The position numbers and the translations under genes were made by a program. A DNA stretch of 24,000 bases from Fretibacterium sp. GTDB taxonomy: Bacteria > Synergistota > Synergistia > Synergistales > Aminobacteriaceae. The first letter of the stretch is position 1. Each line of letters opens with the position of its first letter. This document shows positions 16,556 through 24,000 of this stretch, one piece after another. The notes under the pieces were generated by a model, which saw only the letters and a list, made by a program, of their open reading frames with translations, was not told the origin of the DNA and did not search any database. The stretch lies in the NCBI GenBank assembly GCA_024695065.1, contig JAILIX010000074.1, forward strand, positions 24,459 through 48,458. The letters run 5' to 3'.

Positions 16556-17770
16556 GTGAACACTAAAGAGATGCCAGGCGGGAGACCTCTCCCCGAAGGA
16601 GACATGACCGCCCGGTTTTATGAACTCTACGGTAAAGACACCCAGCCGGAGCTCTTTTTCGCCCCTGGCCGTGTGAACCTCATCGGCGAGCATACGGATC
16701 ATGAGGGGGGCCACGTCTTCCCCTGCGCCATTGACTTTGGGATATGGGCGCTGGCGGCGGTCTGTCCCGGGGAGACGGTCCGGCTGTGTTCCCTGAACTT
16801 CGGGGATCAGGGAGTTGTTGAAGCCCCAGCTCACGGCATTGAGCACGACATCGCGCGAGGCTGGGCCAACTATCCTCTGGGCGTTCTCCGTATCCTTGAG
16901 GACCACGGGTATGCTCTCCCCGCCGGTCTGAATCTGCTCTTTCAGGGCAATCTGCCGGAGGGGGCGGGGCTTTCGTCCTCCGCGGCTATTGAGGTGCTGA
17001 CTGCCTGCATAGTCAACGACCTCTTTGGTTTCGGCCTGGACGGGGTGAAGCGCGCACTTCTCTCCCAGGAGGCGGAGAACAGGTTTATCGGTGTCCAGTG
17101 CGGCATCATGGATCAGTTTGCCGTCAGCATGGGAAAGAAGGACCACGCCATCCTGCTGGACTGTGCGAAGCTGGATTACCGCTATGCCCCCCTGCCTCTG
17201 GGCGGCTGCCGGCTTGTGATTGCCAACTCCAACGTGCCCCACTCGCTGGCCAGCTCAGAGTACAACCTTCGCCGCCAGCAGTGCGAGGCGGCGCTGGCGG
17301 ATATTCAGAAAGTTCGCCCCGCTGAAAACCTCTGCGAGCTCAGCGAGGATGAGTTCAACGCTGTGCAGGAAGCAATAAGGACTCCGGAGGCCCTTCGCCG
17401 GGCGCGCCATGCCGTCACGGAGGATGCGCGGGCCGTTCGTGCTGTGGCCGCGCTGGAGGCGGGGGACCTCGTTACCTTTGGCGAGCTGATGAAGGGCTCT
17501 CACCTTTCTCTGCGGAACGACTACGAGGTGACCATCCCGGAGCTGGACGCGCTGGCGGAACTGGCGTGGGCCCATCCGGGCGTTGTAGGCTCCCGTATGA
17601 CGGGGGGTGGCTTCGGCGGCTGCACGGTGAGCATCGTGGAGCGGGACGCTGTGGAGGACTTTATCCGCGTCGTGGGGGAGGAGTACGCCCGGCGCACAGG
17701 CCGCAGGGCAAGCTTCTACGTCACAGGGACGGCGAATGGGGCCGGGAGAGTATCAGGAGGTCTGAAGTGA
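16556..17770 (+). CDS. galK: Galactokinase
   Basis: FFAPGRVNLIGEHTDHEGGHVFPCAI, GAGLSSSAAIEVL, CGIMDQFAVSMG and GSRMTGGGFGGCTVSIV. The start could also be ATG 16571 or 16604. Confidence 0.96.
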   Translation: MNTKEMPGGRPLPEGDMTARFYELYGKDTQPELFFAPGRVNLIGEHTDHEGGHVFPCAIDFGIWALAAVCPGETVRLCSLNFGDQGVVEAPAHGIEHDIARGWANYPLGVLRILEDHGYALPAGLNLLFQGNLPEGAGLSSSAAIEVLTACIVNDLFGFGLDGVKRALLSQEAENRFIGVQCGIMDQFAVSMGKKDHAILLDCAKLDYRYAPLPLGGCRLVIANSNVPHSLASSEYNLRRQQCEAALADIQKVRPAENLCELSEDEFNAVQEAIRTPEALRRARHAVTEDARAVRAVAALEAGDLVTFGELMKGSHLSLRNDYEVTIPELDALAELAWAHPGVVGSRMTGGGFGGCTVSIVERDAVEDFIRVVGEEYARRTGRRASFYVTGTANGAGRVSGGLK

Positions 17771-17810
17771 CATCTACCCTGTTCTGAGGGACGTCAGTCG
17801 GTTTAGCAAT

Positions 17811-17840
17811 AAGGCCGGCCCTGCACAGGACCGGCCTTTC
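17811..17840 (+). terminator. Terminator between convergent galK and the methyltransferase gene (likely bidirectional)
   Basis: AAGGCCGG (17811-17818) and CCGGCCTT (17831-17838), with an inner CCT/AGG pairing. Confidence 0.75.
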
Positions 17841-17889
17841 TGATGATGTTGTGAGCCTGACAGAATAGGTTCCGCCCCTGTGAAACAGG

Positions 17890-18486
17890 CTATGCCCCGC
17901 AGTCGTAGACGAAAGCCGGCGGGATGTTGATAGGGACGAACTTCGTCCGGATATCTGGGAAGCGGGCGGCGAGCGTGGACTTCATGATGGTGGAGTACTG
18001 GTAAGCCACAAAGCGCCCCCCCGGCTTCAGAGAGTTCTGCACAGCGTCCAGGATATTTTCGGAGACATCGTGGGGCAGCACCGTGAAGGGCAGACTGGAG
18101 ATCACGAAGTCCAGACTCTCGATTCCCTCGGCTTTCATGATAGCGGCAAGTTCCTGTGCATCGCCGTAGAGCCGCAGTCCGGGGTGATTGGGGTGCTCTG
18201 CCCGGATCAGATCCTGAAGTGCCGGGTCCACCTCGAAAACAAGAATTTTCGCCTCAGGGTGAGCGCGTTTGACGATCTCGCGGGTAAAGACCCCCGTGCC
18301 TGCTCCGAGCTCAGCCACGCTGCGGGCGTTGGCCCAGTCCACACGATCCAGCATTGCGCGGGTCAGAAAACGGGAACTGGGAGCGACACTTCCCACCTGG
18401 CGCGGAGCTCCGAAGAAACGCCGCAGGAACACCATGTCCTGTCCAAGGTGGGAACTATGTCCCTTCTTCATCTTTTGTCCTTTCAT
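17890..18486 (-). CDS. SAM-dependent methyltransferase, phospholipid N-methyltransferase (PmtA)-like
   Basis: FLRRFFGAPRQVGSVAPSSRFLTRAM followed by VAELGAGTGVFTREI. VISSLPFTVLP and QYSTIMKSTLAARF are also typical of this class. Start 18486 with GGAGG at 18497-18493. Confidence 0.72.
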   Translation of the reverse strand: MKGQKMKKGHSSHLGQDMVFLRRFFGAPRQVGSVAPSSRFLTRAMLDRVDWANARSVAELGAGTGVFTREIVKRAHPEAKILVFEVDPALQDLIRAEHPNHPGLRLYGDAQELAAIMKAEGIESLDFVISSLPFTVLPHDVSENILDAVQNSLKPGGRFVAYQYSTIMKSTLAARFPDIRTKFVPINIPPAFVYDCGA

Positions 18487-18499
18487 TCCATGCCTCCGC

Positions 18500-18508
18500 T
18501 TTTTTTTT
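18500..18508 (-). repeat. A9 homopolymer (T9 on plus strand) immediately upstream of the Shine-Dalgarno
   Basis: Minus strand reads cgAAAAAAAAAgcGGAGGcatggaATG. Confidence 0.85.
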
Positions 18509-18569
18509 CGCAGAAATGTGCGATAATTTCTATAGTATTATAGCGTATTCGCATTGAAGGAGGAATGGG

Positions 18570-19286
18570 ATGTCCATGAGCGGGAAGAAAAAACGTCTGG
18601 TTGTTCTGACTGGAGCAGGAATGAGCGCGGAGAGCGGGTTCAGCACCTTCCGGGATGCGGGGGGGCTCTGGGAGAACTACAATGTGGAGGATGTTGCGAG
18701 TATTGAGGGCTGGTATCGAAATCCAAAACTGATGGTTGATTTTTATAATGGGCTGCGTTCACAGCTTGAGAAAGCGGAGCCCAACGAAGGGCACCGTATT
18801 CTGGCGGCGCTGGAGGAGTTCTTTGACGTGGGCATTGTCACACAGAACGTGGATAACCTTCATGAGCGGTCCGGGAGCACGAATGTTCTGCACCTTCACG
18901 GGGAACTGACGAAGGCCCGGAGTGTGAACGACGAGAATAAAATCTATGATGTCGGCTATCGCCAGATGGAGTATGGCGAGAAGGGGGAGGACGGGGCCCT
19001 GCTGCGTCCCCACATTGTTTGGTTCGGCGAGGCTGTCCCCATGATTTCTGAGGCTGCCCGCTGGGTGAGGGGAGCGGACATCTTTGCAGTTGTGGGCACG
19101 TCCCTGAACGTTTACCCTGCTGCGGGGCTGATTCACGACCTGCGGGGCGGAACCCGCGCCTTCCTGATTGATCCCAAGGAAGTCTCCCTGCCCTCCAGCC
19201 TGCACTTCACGGTCTTCCGTGAGGGGGCCTCGAAGGGGCTGGCTCTTATGCGGGACGCACTGTTGTCCGGCAATTCAAAAAGGTAG
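18570..19286 (+). CDS. Sir2-family NAD-dependent protein deacylase lacking zinc-ligand cysteines
   Basis: VVLTGAGMSAESGFSTFRDAGGLW, TQNVDNLHERSG, LHLHGEL, RPHIVWFGEAVP and VVGTSLNVYPAAGL. GGAGG upstream. Confidence 0.92.
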   Translation: MSMSGKKKRLVVLTGAGMSAESGFSTFRDAGGLWENYNVEDVASIEGWYRNPKLMVDFYNGLRSQLEKAEPNEGHRILAALEEFFDVGIVTQNVDNLHERSGSTNVLHLHGELTKARSVNDENKIYDVGYRQMEYGEKGEDGALLRPHIVWFGEAVPMISEAARWVRGADIFAVVGTSLNVYPAAGLIHDLRGGTRAFLIDPKEVSLPSSLHFTVFREGASKGLALMRDALLSGNSKR

Positions 19287-19298
19287 GAGGTTCTGTTA

Positions 19299-20831
19299 AT
19301 GGCCAAGAATGTGGGTGCTAAAATTCCAAGCATCGCTCAGATGCAGAGCACCATTGACAGACTGGAAGAGATGCGGAATACGGTGCTGTTCCCCCGCTGG
19401 AAAATGGTTCCCGCGGTCCAGCAGAATGTGAGGAAGCTGAAGGAGCTGACAGAAAAACACACTCAGCTCATGTCCTCCAAGAACGCGGATGACAGGGTTT
19501 TAGGCAAAAAAATTTGGGTTTCCATGTCAAACTGTTATTGGGACATTCTCTTTGCCATTTTGAATGCCCTGACAGAGCCTCACATGGGGATTCTCCCCAT
19601 GACACTCGCCTTTGAGAAGACAGAACGCCTTTTTATCGACTTCGGAGTTCTTGCCGACGGAACCCTGCCTTTCCACAAAGATTTTGATGCGGACGCGGTT
19701 TTGAATATCCAAAGCAAGGGAGGCGCCTTTCATTACCTTTCCTTTACGGACTTCATCGCGGAGTGCTGGTCCATGATTGTGGGCAGTCCTCCCCCTGAGC
19801 CCATGGCGGGCCCCTCGGCGGATGCCCGTGTTGGTATCCTGCAGGGACAGTTTGATGAAGCGCAAAAGTACCGTGATGCTGTTCTTCGTAGAATTGGGAG
19901 CGAGTTTCTGAGCAACAGTTCTTTGGACATATCCAAGCTGATACAGGACCTGGATGACTGCCTGCTCCCGGCAATGAAGGTCTACACGCGTGTGCCGGAG
20001 TACCGTGAGGCGGAGGAATCCGAGCGGCGTCAGATGAATCAGGAGCGCATCATCTATCAGGAGGCAGAAAAAAATTTGCTCCTGATGCTCTCCTTGGTTC
20101 AGAAACAAGAAGTGAATCCTTTGCCGGCGGCCAAGGCGGATAGTCTTTTGGGGCTTCATGAGAAGACAAAGGTCCTGGCTAAGAAGCTCCTTTACTGCCG
20201 GAACGACGCAAAGAAAATCGCCCGGCGCGCAAATAAGATCACTGAGACCTGCGCTGAGTACTCGCCCCAGATGAAGCGGGCTGAGTTGCGTTCCATGTTG
20301 CTGAAGAAGAAGGAATACTTCACTGTCCCGGCCAAGAGTGCGCGCTGTGATGAGTCGCCTTTCTGCCCCTCCAATGGCCTCCCCATCAACTATCAGGTGG
20401 CCGCTGAGGAAATTGAGGCCATCAGCGCGATGGATATGGATATGTTCGGTGTGCCGCGCATCCGCATGTATGGCATTCCCCGCGTTGTCTTCATGCCCGG
20501 GCAGGGCTTTGGGACCTACGACTGGTCGGATAATACGCTGCTGCTTCCTGCCTTCCCCATTGACGGAGGGGATACCATCCACGAGGAAAAAGCCATCTGC
20601 TATGCCCTGGCGACGTTCCGCTGGGACAGTGACGAGGACCGCAGTCTGAAAAATCCCTATCAACAGATAAAGGAGAACAGGAAAAAATCCCTTGTGGATC
20701 TGTCCGCTTCGTTCTACAGAGATTACTACCTGTGGGCGTCAAAGGAAAAGAAGGGTTACCGCATTTTGTCCCGGGATACGTCTCAGGTCTTCAACCAGAT
20801 TTTGGCGCCTCGTTTGGAAAGCGATGTGTAA
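19299..20831 (+). CDS. Hypothetical protein, 510 aa, no recognised domain
   Basis: Long ORF with AGGAGG upstream of ATG, 12 nt after the Sir2 stop. Charged, helix-rich composition. Confidence 0.75.
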   Translation: MAKNVGAKIPSIAQMQSTIDRLEEMRNTVLFPRWKMVPAVQQNVRKLKELTEKHTQLMSSKNADDRVLGKKIWVSMSNCYWDILFAILNALTEPHMGILPMTLAFEKTERLFIDFGVLADGTLPFHKDFDADAVLNIQSKGGAFHYLSFTDFIAECWSMIVGSPPPEPMAGPSADARVGILQGQFDEAQKYRDAVLRRIGSEFLSNSSLDISKLIQDLDDCLLPAMKVYTRVPEYREAEESERRQMNQERIIYQEAEKNLLLMLSLVQKQEVNPLPAAKADSLLGLHEKTKVLAKKLLYCRNDAKKIARRANKITETCAEYSPQMKRAELRSMLLKKKEYFTVPAKSARCDESPFCPSNGLPINYQVAAEEIEAISAMDMDMFGVPRIRMYGIPRVVFMPGQGFGTYDWSDNTLLLPAFPIDGGDTIHEEKAICYALATFRWDSDEDRSLKNPYQQIKENRKKSLVDLSASFYRDYYLWASKEKKGYRILSRDTSQVFNQILAPRLESDV

Positions 20832-20994
20832 CAGTTTTTTGTTGGAAAAGGGGGCGGACAGAATGACGTGATGTAGCTCAGGCTTTTTGCCTGCGCCCGC
20901 CAGGGTGTGCGGCTTTCGCGTTTTTTGTGGCATCCTTCCGTCCCCGGGCGGAGGGGGTGTTAGTTTTCTGTCGTAAAGTATGGAGGTTATTTTT

Positions 20995-22110
20995 ATGGAC
21001 AAGGTCTTGACTTCGCGCAATGGCCCCTGGATTGCCGGTGGAATCATCGGTCTCATTGCCGTTGCGCTGGCTCATTTTGGCAATCCCGGCAACATGGGGT
21101 TCTGCGTTGCCTGTTTCACCCGCGACATCGCGGGGGCTCTGGGGCTTCACCGCGCCGGGGTCGTGCAGTATCTCCGGCCGGAGATTCCCGGCTTTATTCT
21201 GGGCTCCTTCCTCTCCGCGCTTCTGTTTCGTGAATATTCCCCCCGCGGCGGTTCGTCTCCCGCGGTGCGCTTTGGTCTGGGCGTGTTCGCTATGCTGGGC
21301 GCTCTGGTCTTTCTGGGCTGCCCCTGGCGGGCGTACCTGCGTGTTGCGGGCGGCGACTGGAACGCCCTTTATGGTGTCGGCGGCCTGGCTGTGGGCGTCC
21401 TGATTGGGATAGGGTTCCTGTGGCATGGATTCAGCCTGGGGGCGGCCGAGAACAACCCAAAGGCCGCGGGCCTGATTATGCCGCTCATGGCTGTGGCGCT
21501 CCTTGCATTCCTGTTCCTTGCGCCCACGTTTGGTGAGGCTGGCAAGGCCCCCATCTTCTTCTCCACTTCCGGCCCTGGCTCCAAGCACGCGCCTGTTCTC
21601 ATGGCGCTTGGCGCGGGGCTCATCGTGGGATGGTTTGCCCAGCGCAGCCGCTTCTGCACTGTCGGGGCTCTGCGTGACCTGTTTATGATGGGGGACGCCC
21701 ACCTGTTCAAGGGCATCGTGGCCTTCACTGTTGTGGCCTTCGCGGCCAACTACGCTCTGGGGACTTTCCACCCCGGCTTCGTCATCACCCCCGCCGCGGA
21801 GGGGGTCAAGGCTGTCCCTCAGCCTGTGGCTCACATGGACCAGCTCTGGAACTTCCTGGGCATGGTGTTGTCCGGTCTGGCTTTCACCCTGGCGGGCGGC
21901 TGCCCCGGCCGTCAGCTCATCATGGCGGGCGAGGGTGACAGCGATGCAGGCATCTTCGTCCTGGGAATGCTGGTGGGCGCAGCCGTGGCGCATAATTTCT
22001 CCGCTGCCTCCAGCGGGGCGGGCATTGGCCCCATGGGCGCTCACGTGACGGTTATCGGCCTGGTGTTCTGTCTGGCAGTTGGGCTTTTCTTTCAGCCCAG
22101 CCGCAGCTAG
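20995..22110 (+). CDS. yedE: YedE-family putative selenium transporter
   Basis: GNPGNMGFCVACFTRDIAGALGLHRAGVVQYLRPEIPG, FAQRSRFCTVGALRD and LAGGCPGRQLIMAGEGDSDAG. ATG 20995 is preceded by GGAGG at 20982. Confidence 0.85.
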   Translation: MDKVLTSRNGPWIAGGIIGLIAVALAHFGNPGNMGFCVACFTRDIAGALGLHRAGVVQYLRPEIPGFILGSFLSALLFREYSPRGGSSPAVRFGLGVFAMLGALVFLGCPWRAYLRVAGGDWNALYGVGGLAVGVLIGIGFLWHGFSLGAAENNPKAAGLIMPLMAVALLAFLFLAPTFGEAGKAPIFFSTSGPGSKHAPVLMALGAGLIVGWFAQRSRFCTVGALRDLFMMGDAHLFKGIVAFTVVAFAANYALGTFHPGFVITPAAEGVKAVPQPVAHMDQLWNFLGMVLSGLAFTLAGGCPGRQLIMAGEGDSDAGIFVLGMLVGAAVAHNFSAASSGAGIGPMGAHVTVIGLVFCLAVGLFFQPSRS

Positions 22111-22130
22111 AGTGTTGAGGAGGTCCTGTC

Positions 22131-22349
22131 ATGAGTGATACGATTACGGTCAACGCCTCCGGGCTCTCCTGCCCGCAGCCGGTCATCGAGACGAAAAAGG
22201 CACTTTCCGGTCTGAGCTCCGGACGGGTTGAGGTCCTTGTGGACACGGCCACGTCGCGGAACAACGTCGCGCGCTTTGGCGAGAACAAGGGCTGGCGCGT
22301 CACGACGGAGGAGCGCGAGGGCGGATTCCGGGTCATTCTGGAGAAGTAG
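22131..22349 (+). CDS. TusA/SirA-like sulfurtransferase domain protein, corresponding to the YedF N-terminal domain
   Basis: VNASGLSCPQPVIETKKAL...VEVLVDTATSRNNVARFGENKGWRV matches the CPxP-containing TusA/YedF domain. Adjacent to yedE. Confidence 0.85.
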   Translation: MSDTITVNASGLSCPQPVIETKKALSGLSSGRVEVLVDTATSRNNVARFGENKGWRVTTEEREGGFRVILEK

Positions 22350-22375
22350 CCGCAAATACACCGCAAAATCACTGA

Positions 22376-22412
22376 AAGACGCCGGCCACAGATGAGGCCG
22401 GCGTCTTCTTTT
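22376..22412 (+). terminator. Intrinsic terminator after the yedE/yedF-like pair
   Basis: AAGACGCCGGCC (22376-22387), 8-nt loop, GGCCGGCGTCTT (22396-22407), then CTTTT. Perfect 12-bp stem. Confidence 0.92.
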
Positions 22413-22514
22413 CAGCGGCTGACCCGTTTCTGCGGCCGGCGCGACGTCCCGGATTTTTTGCGCAATAAGTGATATCATTATAGTAAGTCAATGAAAAAAT
22501 GGAGGGGAAATATC

Positions 22515-23660
22515 ATGTACAGTTTTACTCTGAACGAGACATCGTACCATGGCTCAGGCGCAATAGCGGCAATCCCGGCGGAGATCAGAAACAGGGGACT
22601 GAAGAAGGTTTTTGTCGCCTCCGACCCTGACCTTGTGAAGTTCAAGGTCACGGCAAAGGTCACAGACCTGCTCGACAAGGAGGGCATCGCCTACACCGTC
22701 TTCAGCGAGATTCAGCCCAACCCCACTATTGAGAATGTCAAGGCCGGCGTTGCGGCGTTCAGGGCATCCGGCGCAGACTGCATCGTAGCCATTGGAGGCG
22801 GTTCATCCATGGATACCTCCAAGGCAGTGGGCATTATTATCGCCAATCCTGAGTTCGCCGATGTGCGGAGCCTTGAGGGGGTTGCCCCGACGAAGAATCC
22901 CTGCGTTCCTATCATCGCGGTCCCGACGACAGCCGGAACGGCGGCGGAGGTCACCATTAACTACGTTATTACCGACCTGGAGCGCAAGAGAAAGTTCGTC
23001 TGTGTGGACCGTCATGATATTCCTGTGGTCGCTGTGGTAGACCCTGATATGATGTCAACCATGCCCAGGGGGCTCACTGCCTCGACGGGCATGGACGCGC
23101 TGACCCACGCCGTTGAGGGCTACATCACGAAGGGTGCGTGGGCGCTGTCCGATATGTTCCATATCACGGCCATTAAGATGATCTCCGACTCGCTGCGGGA
23201 TGCCGTGGCCGGGAAGGAAAACGGACGTGCCGGAATGGCTCTTGGGCAGTATGTTGCAGGCATGGGTTTCTCCAATGTCGGCCTCGGCATTGACCACGCG
23301 ATGGCCCACACACTGTCCGCTTACTACGGCACACCCCACGGAGTTGCCTGCGCCATTCTGCTGCCGACGGCGATGGAGTTCAACCGTGATTACTCCGGCG
23401 AGAAGTACCGCGAAATTGCAAGGGTGATGGGTGTTGCCGGCGTGGACTCCATGACTCAGGAGCAGTACAGGGACGCGGCTATCGCGGCGGTGAAGAAACT
23501 GAGCGCCGACGTGGGCATTTCGCCTGACCTGAAGGAGATTGTGAAGGAGGCCGATATTCCCGCTCTGGCCGCCTCAGCGCACGAGGACGCCTGTCTGCCG
23601 GGAAATCCCAGGGATGCTTCCGTGGAAGACATCATTAAACTTTACAAGAGCCTGATTTAA
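22515..23660 (+). CDS. Iron-containing alcohol dehydrogenase, lactaldehyde reductase (FucO)-like
   Basis: IVAIGGGSSMDTSKAVGII, VPTTAGTAAEVT, GMDALTHAVEGYI, GLGIDHAMAHTLSAYYGTPHGVACAILLP. Preferred start ATG 22515 after GGAGGGG; the track start is 22491. Confidence 0.9.
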   Translation: MYSFTLNETSYHGSGAIAAIPAEIRNRGLKKVFVASDPDLVKFKVTAKVTDLLDKEGIAYTVFSEIQPNPTIENVKAGVAAFRASGADCIVAIGGGSSMDTSKAVGIIIANPEFADVRSLEGVAPTKNPCVPIIAVPTTAGTAAEVTINYVITDLERKRKFVCVDRHDIPVVAVVDPDMMSTMPRGLTASTGMDALTHAVEGYITKGAWALSDMFHITAIKMISDSLRDAVAGKENGRAGMALGQYVAGMGFSNVGLGIDHAMAHTLSAYYGTPHGVACAILLPTAMEFNRDYSGEKYREIARVMGVAGVDSMTQEQYRDAAIAAVKKLSADVGISPDLKEIVKEADIPALAASAHEDACLPGNPRDASVEDIIKLYKSLI

Positions 23661-23683
23661 CCTGTTTCTGCATTCAAAACAGC

Positions 23684-23719
23684 AGCCCCTGCGGGATCCT
23701 ATGCCCTGCGGGGGCTTTT
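23684..23719 (+). terminator. Intrinsic terminator after the alcohol dehydrogenase gene
   Basis: AGCCCCTGCGGG (23684-23695) and CCTGCGGGGGCT (23705-23716), 12 pairs including two G.U, then TTT. Confidence 0.75.
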
Positions 23720-23841
23720 CTTAACAGCCCCATACCAGGAAGGGCTGATTGAACCTGACAGCGAGGACCGCGACAGGACATAAGAACTGATCATGCTGAA
23801 AACATGATACTCAAAACCTGCATGAAGGAAGGGATGTACAA

Positions 23842-24000
23842 ATGATGAAGAAAAAACTGGCGCTGGCAGCCTCCGTTCTGGCTCTGCTGGCGCTGTTCGC
23901 CTCCGCGGCGGGCGCCGGTGTCACAATCAATGGCAAGCCATTGGATGAGGTGGACGACATCATGGCGGAGACGGGGGCCGCAAAGGGCTACCCCCAATAA
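23842..24000 (+). CDS. Small secreted peptide precursor, 52 aa (possible)
   Basis: Direct translation gives MMKKKLALAASVLALLALFASAAGAGVTINGKPLDEVDDIMAETGAAKGYPQ*. AAGGAAGGG lies upstream and a strong signal peptide is apparent. Below the ORF track length cutoff. Confidence 0.55.
   Translation: MMKKKLALAASVLALLALFASAAGAGVTINGKPLDEVDDIMAETGAAKGYPQ

Noticed and set aside
16376-17242. 288-aa minus-strand ORF
   Set aside because: Antisense to the mglC end and galK.
17850-17889. CCTGTGAAACAGG mini-hairpin near the methyltransferase 3' end
   Set aside because: Only 5 bp with no T-run. Probably incidental beside the strong terminator at 17811-17840.
19527-20663. 378-aa minus-strand ORF
   Set aside because: Antisense to the 510-aa ORF, which has the better RBS (AGGAGG), operon spacing and codon pattern. 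The plus-strand ORF itself lacks a known domain, so this choice is less certain than the others.
20878-22044. 388-aa minus-strand ORF
   Set aside because: Antisense to yedE, which has a strong family match and membrane-protein composition.
1-24000. CRISPR array, tRNA/rRNA genes, transposase or integrase
   Set aside because: No regularly spaced repeats, no cloverleaf-like or rRNA-like segment, and no mobile-element ORF recognised by eye. A tRNAscan/Infernal run would be needed to exclude small RNAs rigorously.

Overview
The window is 24 kb of GC-rich bacterial chromosome. Gene content and protein style suggest a Synergistota-like organism, but that is inference only. It is densely coding. I found no rRNA, tRNA, CRISPR array or transposase. 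Recognisable genes, left to right: a SUI1/YciH-like ORF; ychF (-); a decayed flagellin 3' end; coaD and a 3-methyladenine DNA glycosylase; a (-) pair of a secreted Memo-like protein and a DUF3160-like protein; a TMEM43-family membrane protein; and a tightly packed seven-gene run of mostly secreted or membrane proteins of unknown function, including tandem cysteine-rich paralogs. These are followed by a galactose import and utilisation operon (mglB-mglA-mglC-galK) with an intercistronic terminator, a PmtA-like methyltransferase (-), a cysteine-free Sir2 deacylase with a large unknown partner ORF, a YedE-type transporter with a short YedF/TusA-like protein, a FucO-like iron alcohol dehydrogenase, and a small secreted-peptide ORF at the right edge. 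The best candidates for undescribed biology are the 7858-12510 secreted/membrane cassette and the Sir2 plus 510-aa ORF pair. The 44-residue flagellin remnant at about 1667-1807 is missing from the supplied ORF track.
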